DNA from: the human T2T-CHM13v2.0 reference genome, Homo sapiens
Length of the DNA stretch: 64,000 nucleotides
Reading direction: 5' to 3' (one strand)
Assembly: GCF_009914755.1 (NCBI RefSeq)
Contig: NC_060930.1
The notes under the pieces are model-generated. The model saw only the letters and a list, made by a program, of their open reading frames with translations, was not told where the DNA came from and did not search any database. This document shows, one piece after another, positions 1 through 14,744 of this stretch; the first letter of the stretch is position 1, and each line of letters opens with the position of its first letter. Position numbers and translations under genes: made by a program.

Positions 1-29
1 ATTCTCTTCTTCCCTGCTTTAGTAGACTA

Positions 30-450
30 TCTCTATTAGAACTAAGCTCATGTAACAGTGATAGAAAAGCTAGAGAAGTTTAAATAAGATGAAGGTTTAT
101 TTCTCTTTCACTTACATAAGTCTGCTGGTAGACAGGAAGGGCTAGCGTAGTATCCTAACAATTACTAGGGACGTTATTTTTTTCTATATATTTCTCCACT
201 CTCTGCATCATATGGCTTCCAACTCTTGGTACAAAATGGTTGGCAGAATTCCTGCCATCACATGCACCTTCCCATCAAGAGGATTATTTCCCTTCTACTT
301 TATGGATTCTTCTAAGAAGCTGCACACATCATTTCTACCTAAAAGTGATTTCTTAGAAGGGGGTCACATGACCACACCTAGGTATAAGGGGAGCTAAAAA
401 ATGTAGTTCTTCATGTCTGAGGACATGTACTCAGACAAAAATTGAGAATT
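30..450. mobile_element. Old ERVL-MaLR LTR (MLT1J/K-like)
   Basis: Degenerate MLT1 motifs: aaataagatgaaggtttatttctct, cctgccatcacatgcaccttccc, ggtcacatgaccacacctag...aaatgtagt. Confidence 0.6.
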
Positions 451-833
451 CCACTACTCAGAAGAGAAAAACAGAAATTGACAGACAACCAACAGTGTTT
501 TCCATACTACCTAAACAGATTTCCAACTAAGGAGTAAGACCCTAGTCTTTTTTTTTGTTTTTAAAGCACCATCGAATTTTCCAGGTAAGTCTTCTGATGC
601 CCACCTCACTTAGCTTGGTGAGAGGAGGGAACGGCCATGGTATTTCCTAGTGGGCTGATGATTCTCAGCCCCCTCCTTCTACTCAATGTGCTCTGACAGC
701 CAAGCAGAGGAAGGGATGGGGTAAAGAGGGAAGGTGCTGGCAGATAGCAAAGTTGGTTCTGATAACTGCTTCTTAAGACCTGAGGAAGGAATAGGTCTCA
801 GTTATTGATGGTTTTCTTGAGAAAGTGAAGACT

Positions 834-1151
<318 letters not shown>

Positions 1152-1689
1152 TCACATCTCTAAGACCTCTGCTTTGGACAGAAATCATCAGTGTGCAGAA
1201 AACTCCTCCTCAACCCCTGTGGTGGCTTCCTAAAGGGGTCATGATTCTTGTCTGTTCCCAGGAAATACACCTGGAAGGGAAGGCCAACTTTTGGCCTGTG
1301 GACCCTAGTGAGGTTCATCTCCACTGGCCAATTTGGTGAGCAGAGACCCCTGGGAGACAGCAAACAGAGACTTCCACAAGTGCATCGAGGGGCACCTGCC
1401 AACTACCCACATTGATCAGTTTATACCTCTCTATAAAAACAAGCAGGCTATGAAGGGTCAATGAACACTGGAAGAAGACCAAAAATGGGATAGGAGCCAA
1501 GCTGAGTAGGCAGGGGAAACGGCCTTTCCTCTGTATCTTCTGGGAAATGCAAAGATACTGCCTCTCAGAGGCAGTACAAGAAGCCTATGAAGAAGGAAGA
1601 GCAAATGAGTACCAAGAAAGAGCTCCAGGAAATGAAAAACCAGTTACTTAGGGAAGCTACTCACTGGAGACCTTAGGCAAACAAATAAA

Positions 1690-2130
1690 CATCGGGGAAG
1701 ATCAAATCTTGATTTAGAAAATGATCTGAAAGTGACCTTCCAGAATGTAAAGGAAAAATAATGAAAGAACAAATGAGAAACATAAATGTCATATCCAGGA
1801 GTTATCATAGCTGTGAAAACAATTGAATGAAAGAGAAAGAATCATCAACCTAACGAAAAACTTCCAAGAGGATAAACAGCCCATGAAATACCAGATAAGA
1901 ATATTGACAGATCATCTACGCACAAACTCCTGGTAGAGTTTCTAAATAAAATAATAAAAAGAAAGTCACTATGAGCTCCCTAGTAAGAAATAAGGAAAGG
2001 AAGGAAAAGGAGGGAAGAAAAGAAGAGGAAGAAAGGGACAGGGAAGGCAATTCTAAATGCTAAAAAGTATAGAGCAATAATTACACAAATCTGAGGAAAA
2101 GGATTATAACCCCAGAATGGAAACAAAATA
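1690..2130 (+). mobile_element. Very old L1/HAL1 ORF1-region fragment
   Basis: A-rich degenerate ORF1-like sequence ending ctgaggaaaaggattataaccccagaat. Confidence 0.45.
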
Positions 2131-2134
2131 TTAA

Positions 2135-2454
2135 CAGTCAGCCCTTCGTATCCATAGGTTCAGCAGCTGCAGATTCAATCAACCACAATTCAAAATATTC
2201 AGAAAAAAATTTTAATAACATACAAGAATAAAAAGTATTACTTTTTAAAACTACAGTGTACCAATTATTTACATAGCATTTATAATGTATTAGGTATTAT
2301 AAGTTATCTAAGACGATTTGAAAAATACAGCAGGATGTATATATGCTGTTTGCAAATATCACATCATTTTACATAAGCAACTTGGGCATCCATGGATTTT
2401 GGTATCCAAGAAGGCTCCTGGAAGCAATCCCCCATGGATGCCAAGGGACAGCTG
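2135..2454. mobile_element. MER2-like non-autonomous TcMar-Tigger element
   Basis: Terminal inverted repeats cagtcagcccttcgtatccatagg / cccatggatgccaagggacagctg followed by TA; internal atttacatagcatttataatgtattaggtattataag. Confidence 0.85.
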
Positions 2455-2649
2455 TATTAAGCATAAAAATAAAGGAAAACTGTTTTTTTTTAAAACAAAA
2501 AGACTCAGAAATTATACAACCAATGCAAGATATTACTTGGGAAATACTTCAGCCAAAAAAGTACAAATAGATAAGACATGCAACAAGCAATAAGTAATAA
2601 AGATAATAATTCTAATTATCCCAAACCATTTTAAATAATGCAGATAATA

Positions 2650-2946
<297 letters not shown>

Positions 2947-3500
2947 CTGCAGATAATGAATTAACTGCAATTGTTCAGAAAGATATTAAAAGATGTAAAA
3001 ACAAGCTGATCTAGTATTTAAAATATAAGTTATTTCTACAAAACCTAGAATTTCAGGTAGAAGATGGCAGACTAGCTTAAAAGTTTGCACAAGATTTCCT
3101 TTGATCCTTGGCAAGGATACAGTGGCATGAAGATTTTGCTACAGTCTTGGAATTTACAAGTTCAAATATTCTAATGAGGAACAACCAACAAAATATAGTT
3201 GGACTCAACTGGAGGTAGAATATAGTTTTAAAAAAATTAGATCCATTAGAGACATCAGAAACATAAAAAAAAATAAAATGAGAACATAAATTTTAAAAAC
3301 AAACAAAAATGAATGACAGGAATTAGGACAAGGGTAATATGCTGTGAAAGATAAGGAAATCTCCTCTCCCAATTTTGCTAGATGATATTACTCCCCTTTC
3401 TTAAAAACATAGTTAACACTGACATTCTTATCTGTTGCCATAGTTCACACAGCTGTTTGGTCTTACTTTTCAAAAATACCAGTTTTATTGAGACATAACG

Positions 3501-3950
<450 letters not shown>

Positions 3951-4269
3951 AGTATTTACTATATTAACTGGTTTCTACAACTATCACCATAGTCCATTTC
4001 AGAGCATTTTAATCATTCCAAAAGAAACTATGTATTCATTAGCAGTCACCTCCCCAACCCCTGTCCCTTCAACCCTCCCCAATCCCTAAAACCCACTCAA
4101 CTATTTTATGTCTCTATTACCTATTTTGGACATTTCATGTAAATGTGGTCTTTTGTAAGCTACCTCTTTCGATTAGCATAATATTTTTAAGGTTCATCTA
4201 TATTGGAGCATGTATCACTACTTTATTACCTTAAAAAGAAACTGTCAATCTCACTTGTGTATGAAGTCT

Positions 4270-4454
<185 letters not shown>

Positions 4455-5150
4455 TAAGAAATACTATTCCTTTGTATACCCAATGTATAATACATTTGTT
4501 TATCCATTAACCAGCCGATGGACATTCGGATTGTTTCTATATTTTAGCTGCTATGAGTAGCACTGCTATAAACATTCTTGTTTAAGTTTTTGTGTGGACC
4601 TATGCTTTCATTTCTCTTGGGTAGAGTAGAATTGCTAGATCATCAAGTGGTAGTTCTACGGTTAACAATGTGAAGAACTACAGACTGTTTGCAGAAGTGG
4701 CTACACTAATTTACATTTTCATCAGTAGTGTACGAGGTTTCCAATTCTCTAATTTCTTCACCAACACCTGTTATGATCTGACTTTTGATTCCACTCATCA
4801 TAATAGATATGGACTGGTATTTCATTATGGTTTTGATTTGCATTTCCCTAATGACTAATGATGTCAAGCATCTTTTCACATGCTTATTGGTCATTTGTAA
4901 ATCTTTTTTGGAGAAATGTTTACTCAGTTCCTTTGCCCACTTTTTAATTGGGTTGTCTTTTTATTACTGAGTTGTAAGAGTTTTTAGATATTCTAAATCT
5001 CTATCCCTTATCAGATACATGATTTGCAAATAGTTTCTCTCATTCTGTGGGTTGCCATTCTCTTTCTTCATGGTATCTTTTGAAACACAAAGGTTTCTAA
5101 TTTTTTTCTTTTAAGAGTTTTATGCTTTTAGCTCTTACATTAGGTTTTTG

Positions 5151-5527
5151 AAACTGATGCACTGATTTTAAAAACCATATGAAATAGCAAAGGATCCAGA
5201 ATAACCAGAAAAAGAACAAAGTTGGAGGACTCACACTTCCTAAATTCCAAACTTATAATACAAGCAACAGTAATAAAGAAAGTGCTGTACTGGCATAAGA
5301 ATAGATGCACAAATCAATGGACTAGAAACATGAGTCCAGAAAAAAACCCATGTGTCTAGGATCGACTGATTTCGACAAGAGTTGCTAGGACCATTCAGTG
5401 GGAAAGAGTAGTCTTTTCAACAAATGGTGCACAGACAACTGGAGAGCTACATGTAAAAGAATGAAGTTTGTCCTTACTTCATAGCATATATAAAACTTAA
5501 CTCAAATGGATCTAAGACCTAAATGTA
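5151..5527 (+). mobile_element. L1 ORF2 segment inverted relative to the adjacent L1MB
   Basis: Sense ORF2 motifs gaacaaagttggaggactcacacttcc, gtcttttcaacaaatggtgc, aactcaaatggatctaagacctaaatgta. Confidence 0.85.
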
Positions 5528-5804
5528 GCAGTCTCAGTTTTATATTTAAATACATTCACTATTTGCCACCAATTCCTGTTACTGTGGCTTTACTATTCCA
5601 ATTTTATTTTGCTTCATCAATTTGCTGGCTGAATTATACTCTCAGATGGTTTCCAAGTAGAAGTGCATAGGTGCTGAATAATCACAATTGTTTAATATTC
5701 GTTTTTAAAAGTTTGTTTTAAAATGGTCTTGAAGGGAAAATTGGATTTATATAAAGTTCTGGAATCACATTTCCTTTGTTCCACCATCTTCTAAGACCAA
5801 GAAC

Positions 5805-5990
5805 TTATTCATTCATTCATTCATTTAACAAACATTGTTGCGTGCCTACCGCATGTCAGACGGTAGTGGCGAAAGACAGTGTCTCTGCCCTCAGGGCTCC
5901 TTTATCCTATTGGAAGGAAATAATCAACAAAAGTTATGTATCAGGTGGTGGCAAACACTACAGAGATAAGGCAGGATGAATGAGGGATAT
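5805..5990 (-). mobile_element. L2 3' end
   Basis: (ATTC)n tail then aacaaacattgttgcgtgcctac...gtctctgccctcagg. Confidence 0.75.
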
Positions 5991-8238
5991 AGTTAGAGAC
6001 TGAATTATAAATGTAAACATACTGTCAAAAAATGTGTCAACTTCTGTTTTTCATAATCCTTTCTTACCTTTACTGTTGAGGATCTTTTAGGAACTAATGT
6101 CAAATATTAATCTAATGAAAAGGAATTAATCTGAAGTTGAGGAGTTCTTTCAATGTCACTATTTATTCCTTAAACTGAAAATATGCTTCTATGAAATCCT
6201 ACCCTGTGCTAATTTCAAGAACTTAAATATTGAAGAAGGTTCTAGGCCATACAGCTCCATTTCATAATAATTTCAAACCACATCAGAGATAAGCATGATA
6301 GACTTCTGAGCTGAAAATCCATGCATGAGACAACTTTTTAAAGACACTGTAACAGAAATCACAAATACTACCCCTAGAAATAAATTCAACATCTACTGTT
6401 AAATCTCTAGTACCTTCAAAGTGTTACACCTGTAAAAAATCCCATACTTAATAGAGTATTCTTATCTTCACAAATTAGATGTACTTTAAAATCATGCCAG
6501 AAATATCTACCACTCTTACATGGGTGTGGAAAAGTTCTTGTGGACAGGTTATTTTGAAAATTTGAGCTTTTATAAACCTTTTTTCCAACTACCAAAAGTC
6601 AGAAAAAAAAATACATTTAACATGAAGAATCCCTGTTTGAACATATAGAACACTGGCTACCACAAGATCATCTTCTATAATAGAGTACCTGATAATAAAG
6701 TATATGTTACCTAAGCTAACATACTTGTAAAAGAGTGTCAGAGTGAAAATCAGATTCCATATATGGAATAATTTACTCCTTAGTCATAATTAATCTAGAT
6801 ACAGAGAAAACCTTGACGACAATGTTGCTAATGGATGATAACGAGCAGGAAGATGATGATACCATATATTTATGTGGCATCAGAATCCCACTGAGGTTGG
6901 GAATGTTACCTTATTAATATTCTTTGTATCTCTTTGAGGTAAAGAGAGACCACGTATTTCAATTTTGCAAATTAGGAAACCATAAGTAAAATAATTTACT
7001 TAAAATTCCAACAAATCAAAGCACTGCCAAGCGAAATGACTAGTGTAAACAATCTGCCCATTAAACCATAATTTTAGCAAGCACTTGTCATTTATATCCC
7101 ACCCACTCCCCAAAAGAATCTGTGACAAAAATTAAAGCAGAAATGTCCAAGTGGCAGCACCAGCATCAAATTCCAAAGGGATTACCTAGAGTAAGACTTG
7201 CTACGACTGAAGAGCTGCACAGGACCTACCAATTTCCTTAATCATAAAGTATTTGCCTTACAATCTCAAAGCAGTTAAATTGGAGTACAAAACAGTTAAA
7301 TTTGGAGTAGCAAATTCTTGTGTTTTGAAACAACTTGCTGTGCAATAAGGAAGGATAAAATCGTCTCAGAAATAAACTGACACCTTTCAAAGGTCAAGGA
7401 AACAACTGCCCTGAGCTAGGGTCAGGGCCATTAAGTTACTACTGCACCAAACTCCTGTTTATTATGTCCCTTTTCCAATGCTGTCTTTGCCCAAGACAGC
7501 TATTTTGCACTAAATTTCTGGTAAAGATCCAATGTAGGTAATTACATTCTGGCATTAGACATCTACCACACATTAAATTAAGATTGATATCATGTTCACA
7601 TAGCATCCTGAACTATATGCCACAGAGTTAAACTCTTCCATGGCTATGATTCAGCTTGTGACAAGCCTCTTCTTCTCTTTGAAATATACAAAATAGTCAG
7701 AGATCAATGAAATAAGTCATCTGGACATATATCTCTACATTTAAAATTATTTATTCAAGCTTTTAGAGTATGTTCATTGCCAAATGGCTCTAGGGCAAGC
7801 CCTTCCATTAGACTGACAATTTGAAAGTACTTATTGGTCATACAACGCCTACAGCCTAAAAGGAGTGATACAGATTTAAAGCAGCATAGTCTTTAAAGGA
7901 CTTTTTCTGGATATAGTGCTTTGTGGAGATCATGACCTATGGAGGCCATCAAGACGCCGCTATTTATTATCCCTCACCATGAAATAGCTACCTATTACTA
8001 TTAATATTTCAAAACAACTCAAAATTTGAGAGTAAAATGTAGCCATTTTTTGAATTTTACAACTCAGTAATTTACTATGATATTAACTAATTTTAAAAAC
8101 ATTAAAGGTATTTCTCCTCTTAAGTCCTTCCAGATGATACCAGATATTATACCAGGGAAGTCTGACAGCTCATAGTTGCTTAACACAGGGGAGCTTGATA
8201 CAAAGACACATCCCCTGGGCTTGGCTCAATATTCTTAC

Positions 8239-8297
8239 TGACAGAAGCCTTCTGAACCATCACTGAACTTAGCGGGTGATACCACAACTTGAGACTT
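8239..8297 (-). other. Candidate 59-nt internal exon
   Basis: Minus strand: gatttctttcctgtttccag|AAGTCTC...TCTGTCA|gtaaga, in non-repeat sequence; no recognisable protein. Confidence 0.35.
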
Positions 8298-9399
8298 CTG
8301 GAAACAGGAAAGAAATCCTGAACACTTCATCCAATGACATTTCCCAAAATTGTGTGAGGAGACAGCAGAAGTGATCAAAATAAGGATTGTGGGATACAGG
8401 AGCAAGGAGTACAAAGACAGACCCTAATTTTAAGAAAGCTTTCAGTGGGTTTCTGATGTTTGGATTTAATAATGCTCGTTAGAAAATTATTTGAGCGAAT
8501 GTTTGACATTAGCGGCTGAAATCTATAAAATACAGCAACTGGAATTAAACTAATAAAATCTTACACAGTATCAATCCACAGATTTAATAACCAGATAAGG
8601 GTGATTTGCAATGAGTATATAGACAGTTTATAGGTAAGTCAGAGCTTCTCAAGTACTTAAGAAGTACTTAAGGGTGCTTATAAACAAAGTCCTGTTGTAA
8701 GTAGTTCAAACATTCTTGCTAAAATCTTGTTTGCACTATTAGTTTGCTTAGTGGAACTTTTTTCAGAGACTGTTACTGTGAGTTTTAATAAGGCTTGTGT
8801 CTGGAATAGCTCAAGTCCTTACTCAATGGGGCCTGGATTAATAACGTTTTAAATTACCTCAAAATACAAGGCCTCGTGCAATATGTTAAGTATCACTAGG
8901 ATTCAGGGAATTCAACTGTATGGTCCAAGCTAGAGGTAAGAAAATCCTAGTCGAAGCCAGTGCATAATGGCCTTTTACCCCTCAGGAAACAATTGCCGCT
9001 TTATGATTTCAACTCTTTCAGGGGAAAGCAGAGACAAATTTATGTGTCTTGGAATGGACAGAGACTGGAGTTGCATCCTAAATCAACTGGCATTTTGACA
9101 TGTAAAATCTACTTTAACAGTTTTCGTTTCTGCTGGCTCATTTTCCATCAGAAATCTTGGTACAGCAGAAAAAAGTCTAGACCCCATAGTCTGTCACTCG
9201 ACTCACTCTATCAGGACCAATATCTTACCTTCTTGATCTTCCATTAATCCAGTACAACCTACCCATTTGTCTTCTCCACTTCTACACCCAGTGTGTTCGA
9301 CCTCAAAGAGAAAACCACAGAGGTCTGCCAACTGACACACACCTCAGATATCCAATTTCCAGACTCAGCTAGACCCTCCAGACCACCTGGGACAGGTGA

Positions 9400-9750
9400 C
9401 AACATTTGACTCAAGGAGGCTGTGCCATGCTTCTTGAAATATGTTCCCTTCCCTTGGTCTTTATATATCACCACCTCCTAATTCTCCTGCTACTTTTCTA
9501 ATCACTCCTAACCAGGCTCTTTTCACTCGACACCCTTGACACTTGGTGTTCCCAATGTCTGTCTCTTTCCCCTACAGAACTCATTTTGTCAGACTGATTT
9601 CCTCACAGTCACCTACCATTTTATACACTAATGACCTCCAAATCCTCATTTCTAATTCAATCACCTTCTGAGTTCCAGACAAGCATGTCCAGCTTCCTCC
9701 ACCTGAATGCCCTCACCTCCATTCACTCAGTGGCACCAACAGAAACATAA
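9400..9750 (+). mobile_element. L2 fragment
   Basis: Pyrimidine-rich L2 body: taccattttatacactaatgacctccaaatc...ctgagttccagac. Confidence 0.65.
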
Positions 9751-9755
9751 AAATT

Positions 9756-10183
<428 letters not shown>

Positions 10184-10946
10184 TTACTAATTTCTAGGAA
10201 AACCTACAAATTAATATTTTATATACTATGTGTATTGTTTTATGTTTCTATATTAGCTGAAAACACACTTTTCAACATCATTTTCCTGTGTCTCCCTCTC
10301 AATAATTTCTACCACCTTTTCCATTCTGTAACCAAAAAGCTAGCAAGGCATTTAGCTTTCCCCTAAATAAATTAATCACACAAAATTACTTCACAACATT
10401 CTGACCTTTAAATTAATTTATATGAATACAAAATATACGAAGTTTTGCAAACACAGTGTTCAAAGCAACTGGGAGAATTATTTGCAGGACACATGGCAAA
10501 TAATTTGCCCTCAAATGCAGATGTGTTTTGAGCAATACGCTTAGTAAATGCTTATGCAGAAGAAAAATGCCCATCTGTCATATAATTTCTTTTCTTATAA
10601 CTTTCCCTAGGAATAGAGAAAAAGTGACAAAAGATTAAAGAAAGTTTCATATACAGTACTCTTATAAACACAATAGAAGATAACAAATTACTCTAGAAAA
10701 CACAGTTTTGAACAGATTTTGATGAGGTGGAATAATTGTACAAAGATCTCATCCTTAGGTAGCTTCAAGGCATAAAATACAGAAAAGTACCTCAGATTCT
10801 GTCAGGCATGCAATTATCCCATGAAACCACAACTTTAGGAGCTGTGTGTGTGTGTGCATCTGTGTAACACAAAGTGTGTTACTGAATGAACTAACAGGAC
10901 CAATGCAAGTAATACCATTACAGCACACCATAAGCATTCCCCTAAT

Positions 10947-11081
10947 TAAAACATGCCATTCTTTCACAATTCTAAGCGTGTACACTTCCGGTAAAACATG
11001 CCACTCTTTCACAATTCTAAGCATGTACACTTCTGGTAAAACATGCCACTCTTTCACAATTCTAAGCATCTACACTTCCAG
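10947..11081. repeat. Minisatellite, 3 x 45 bp
   Basis: Unit taaaacatgccaYtctttcacaattctaagcRtStacacttcYRg at 10947, 10992 and 11037. Confidence 0.97.
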
Positions 11082-11162
11082 AGAACATTATCTGTCCAGG
11101 CTTTTATAACGAAAAATTCTATAAGAAATTTAGCCTTTAATTAGTTTTCTCTTGTTACTTTC

Positions 11163-11247
11163 AGTTTTTTCTTTTTTCTTTTTTTTTTAGTTTATTTAAT
11201 TTTATTTCTTTCCAACTTTTATTTTACGTTCAGGGGATACATGTGCA
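11163..11247 (-). mobile_element. Tiny 5'-truncated L1P 3' terminus with tail
   Basis: T-rich tail then ccaacttttattttacgttcaggggatacatgtgca. Confidence 0.75.
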
Positions 11248-12599
11248 ACCTTCCAGTTCTTCTACATTCAAGAATATTACATAGCTTGACACTGTTTCCT
11301 CACTATGTTCTCAAATTTACTTGGTTTTCTCATAAAAGAGCCTGATGTTTTAATTTCCTGGCTTCCAAAGCTTAAGGGCTTTTGCACTGTTGAAAACAAT
11401 CTTATAGTTCTTCAAAACTGAATGGCTGATATTATAAAGTGGTATATTTCAGGGGAAAAATGTTCAAATAATAGAAGGATTCTCAGCACAGCAGTTGAGT
11501 CAGCAGTGCTAAAGGGTATATTCTTTTTTCTTGAGTATTTGGTTCCACAAGTTTTTTCAGGGTCAACTGTAAACTAAATATCAAAACTTAAGTGCTTATC
11601 ACCATGTATTACAAAGAAAATATACTATGACCTCATGTTACTATTTTGTGTAATTTCAGAACATTTTAAAATTTATCTTTTCTACTCCATTTATTTCCAA
11701 AATACTTCTAAAATTGCAATTTATAGTCTATTTACATTCAAAATACTTTAGAAATAAAATATAAGTAGGTTAAAAATCATATCTTTCTCATCATTTGATT
11801 AAGAGTATCCATATTAGTTCTTCCCAAGACAGCAACATTTTCTTAGCACTAAATTTCAGTAGGAAAGCATTTTTAACATCGTTTTAAATGTAAAATTTCT
11901 TGTTAGGATTGTTTCTTCTATTTATTCTTGATGAAAAACAAAATATATGGCTTTGATTTATACATATTTAAACCAATACTTGTCACACTTACATATGATG
12001 CGTTTTTCTTCACTGACTGTGGAGTTAATATGTTATGGCTGTTATGGCATACATGTCAGGACTGGCTGATCTAGTGGATGGACTCAGCAGTGTGTCCCTT
12101 GGCTGCCTCTTTCATAACTACTCAGCTCTTCTACCCCTGAGCTGAGCAGCTGACAGTTCACTATCAAGCTTGTTGATGACTGATAGAAATGCTGATACTC
12201 TATATTGCTGGGCAAAAAGAGAAGCATTCTTGTAGATAACAGACAATTAAGGAGCTTAGCTTGCATGTACCTAAACCATATCAATAGGCCAAGACTGTAG
12301 AAAATGACTCATTTAGAAAAATATTTTATATCTTAAATGAATCTCAGAGATTAACTAGTGCTTCATACTTGTCCTGTGAGTCCTGCTGGAAGTTCCTTTG
12401 CTCCCAAGGTGGTGTAGACATGTGCTCCACAGCACTGATCTTAGTTTGTTACATGCCCTAGCAGGTACGTAACATACCTCATTTTTTGGTTTTGTGTTTA
12501 AGTTTCAGCTTTCTCTCTTACTTACTTTGCCAATTACTCTATGAAAAGCAAGTTGCTAGATTGGTAACTGAGTTTATAAAAATAAAAACAGGAAGCAAG

Positions 12600-12720
12600 A
12601 TGTTAAGTGCTGTTATTACTGTCAGTATTTTATATTCAGCATTTCATTTAATCTTTGTAACAATCCAATGAGCTAGGTATTTTTATTCTAATTTAAAGGA
12701 GAAAAGTGGCTAGGTTTGTA
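12600..12720 (-). mobile_element. MIR fragment
   Basis: tttcatttaatctttgtaacaatccaatgagctaggtatttttattc. Confidence 0.55.
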
Positions 12721-13661
12721 TTTAGTGCCACTTCTTGACTGACCAGTCACATTTGGGAACACATTTTAGGCTCTTTGTTCCCAAACTAAACTCAAGATAC
12801 GAACATTCACACATCCTGATGCCTCTACATTCTGTATTTCCTGATTGACATTTGGTTAAACCATGAAGAAGTAGTGACCAACCAACTCTCAACAGTGAAA
12901 CAGGCTCCATTTAGGTGACTTTTTATACAGATAGCTTCCCAAATCCCATACTACATCTATGATATCAGACACTTGAGGAATGGGAATTCAGAACGTTATC
13001 TTTAGGTACATGGCCAGATTCAGGAACCAGTGGTTTAGTAAACTACACCTCAGAGATCTTAGGTCCTGTAATTGCTGTCAAAAGCAGACTAGAATCCAAG
13101 ATTCCCAGCTGGGAACTTTTCACAATGCCACAAAGATATGCTTTTTAAAAGGCAGGAGGGTCTCTTTCACAAATATGTTAGATCTGAGCACAGAAAACCA
13201 TTCAATCCTTGGTTCGTTTAAAGCAGCACAGATAAGTCTAAGCAAGGAATAAATCAAGCAGCAAAGATTTAATGTGAACCCAAAACATCAGGAACAAAGG
13301 AGATGAAAACTGGTAAAGATACTAAAAAATGGAAAGGGAAAATGATTATTATTACAGAATGTGATAAAAGCTGCCAATGTCAATGACAAATAGGATCTTC
13401 ATCTCTATCAGCAGAATTCTACAAAGTATCAAAAAACACGTTACTGTACTCTCCAAAACAGATTGCTTATATTTATTTTGAACATAGCCTCAATGACCAG
13501 TTGGAAAAAGTGGTCTAACATGCTATTGAAATACAAGAAAAATACTTGAAGATATAATGGCTGAAAACTGTCATAAATTGATAAAGACTGTAATCCTTCT
13601 GATCCAAGAAACCCAACGAACCCTGAGCAGGATAAACACAAGAAAAACACACAGCACATCA

Positions 13662-13986
<325 letters not shown>

Positions 13987-14744
13987 TCAAAATCAAATTA
14001 CCCTAAGCTAGTGATATAGCAAAAATGTTGCAAACAGAGTGAAAAAGACCCATAGAGAAATGAACACAAGGATGATGAGATTACTTGTCAAAATGTTAAA
14101 CAGAATCTAATCTAAAAAGAGTTTTAAAGTGCTAAAAGTCACTAGCATTCTATATCTATGAAAATAACACTCAATAAGGTAAAATGAAGATGTTGGCTGA
14201 CACAAACAAGAGCTGAAAAAATTCACTGAGAGCAAACAGAAACTACATGAAATGTAAATCAGACTAAACAAAAACTATACCAAATAAAAACTTCCATCTA
14301 TGTAAAGAAATGAAGAACATCAGAAGTGATAAAGATGTGGGTAAATAAGCCTTTTATTCATTTAAAAATTGTTTTAAAAATTGTTTAAAGTCAAAATAAT
14401 AAAAATATATTGCAGGGTTAAAAACATGGGGAAATAAAATCTATGAAAACAATAGAACAAAGACCAAATGAGGAAATGGAAGTATATTATTGTCAACCTC
14501 TTACATTATATGGGAAGTGATATAATACTGTCTACAAATAGAGAGAGATAAGATACAGGTGCTTATTACAAAATCTAGAGAAATTATTTTTTAAAAAATC
14601 AAACAGGTATAAACAAATAAGATAAAGACTTAAAAGAATGCTTTAAAAATACCAAATTCAACCCAAATAAGGCAAGAAAAGACGGGGGAAAGGATCCAAG
14701 AACAAATGTGACAAATAAAAACCAAAACATTAAAAGGGCTTAAC

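Noticed and set aside
10947-11081. Repeat array as CRISPR or as a repeat-protein gene
   Set aside because: Head-to-tail units without spacers in eukaryotic DNA; the ORF repeats only reflect the 45-bp period.
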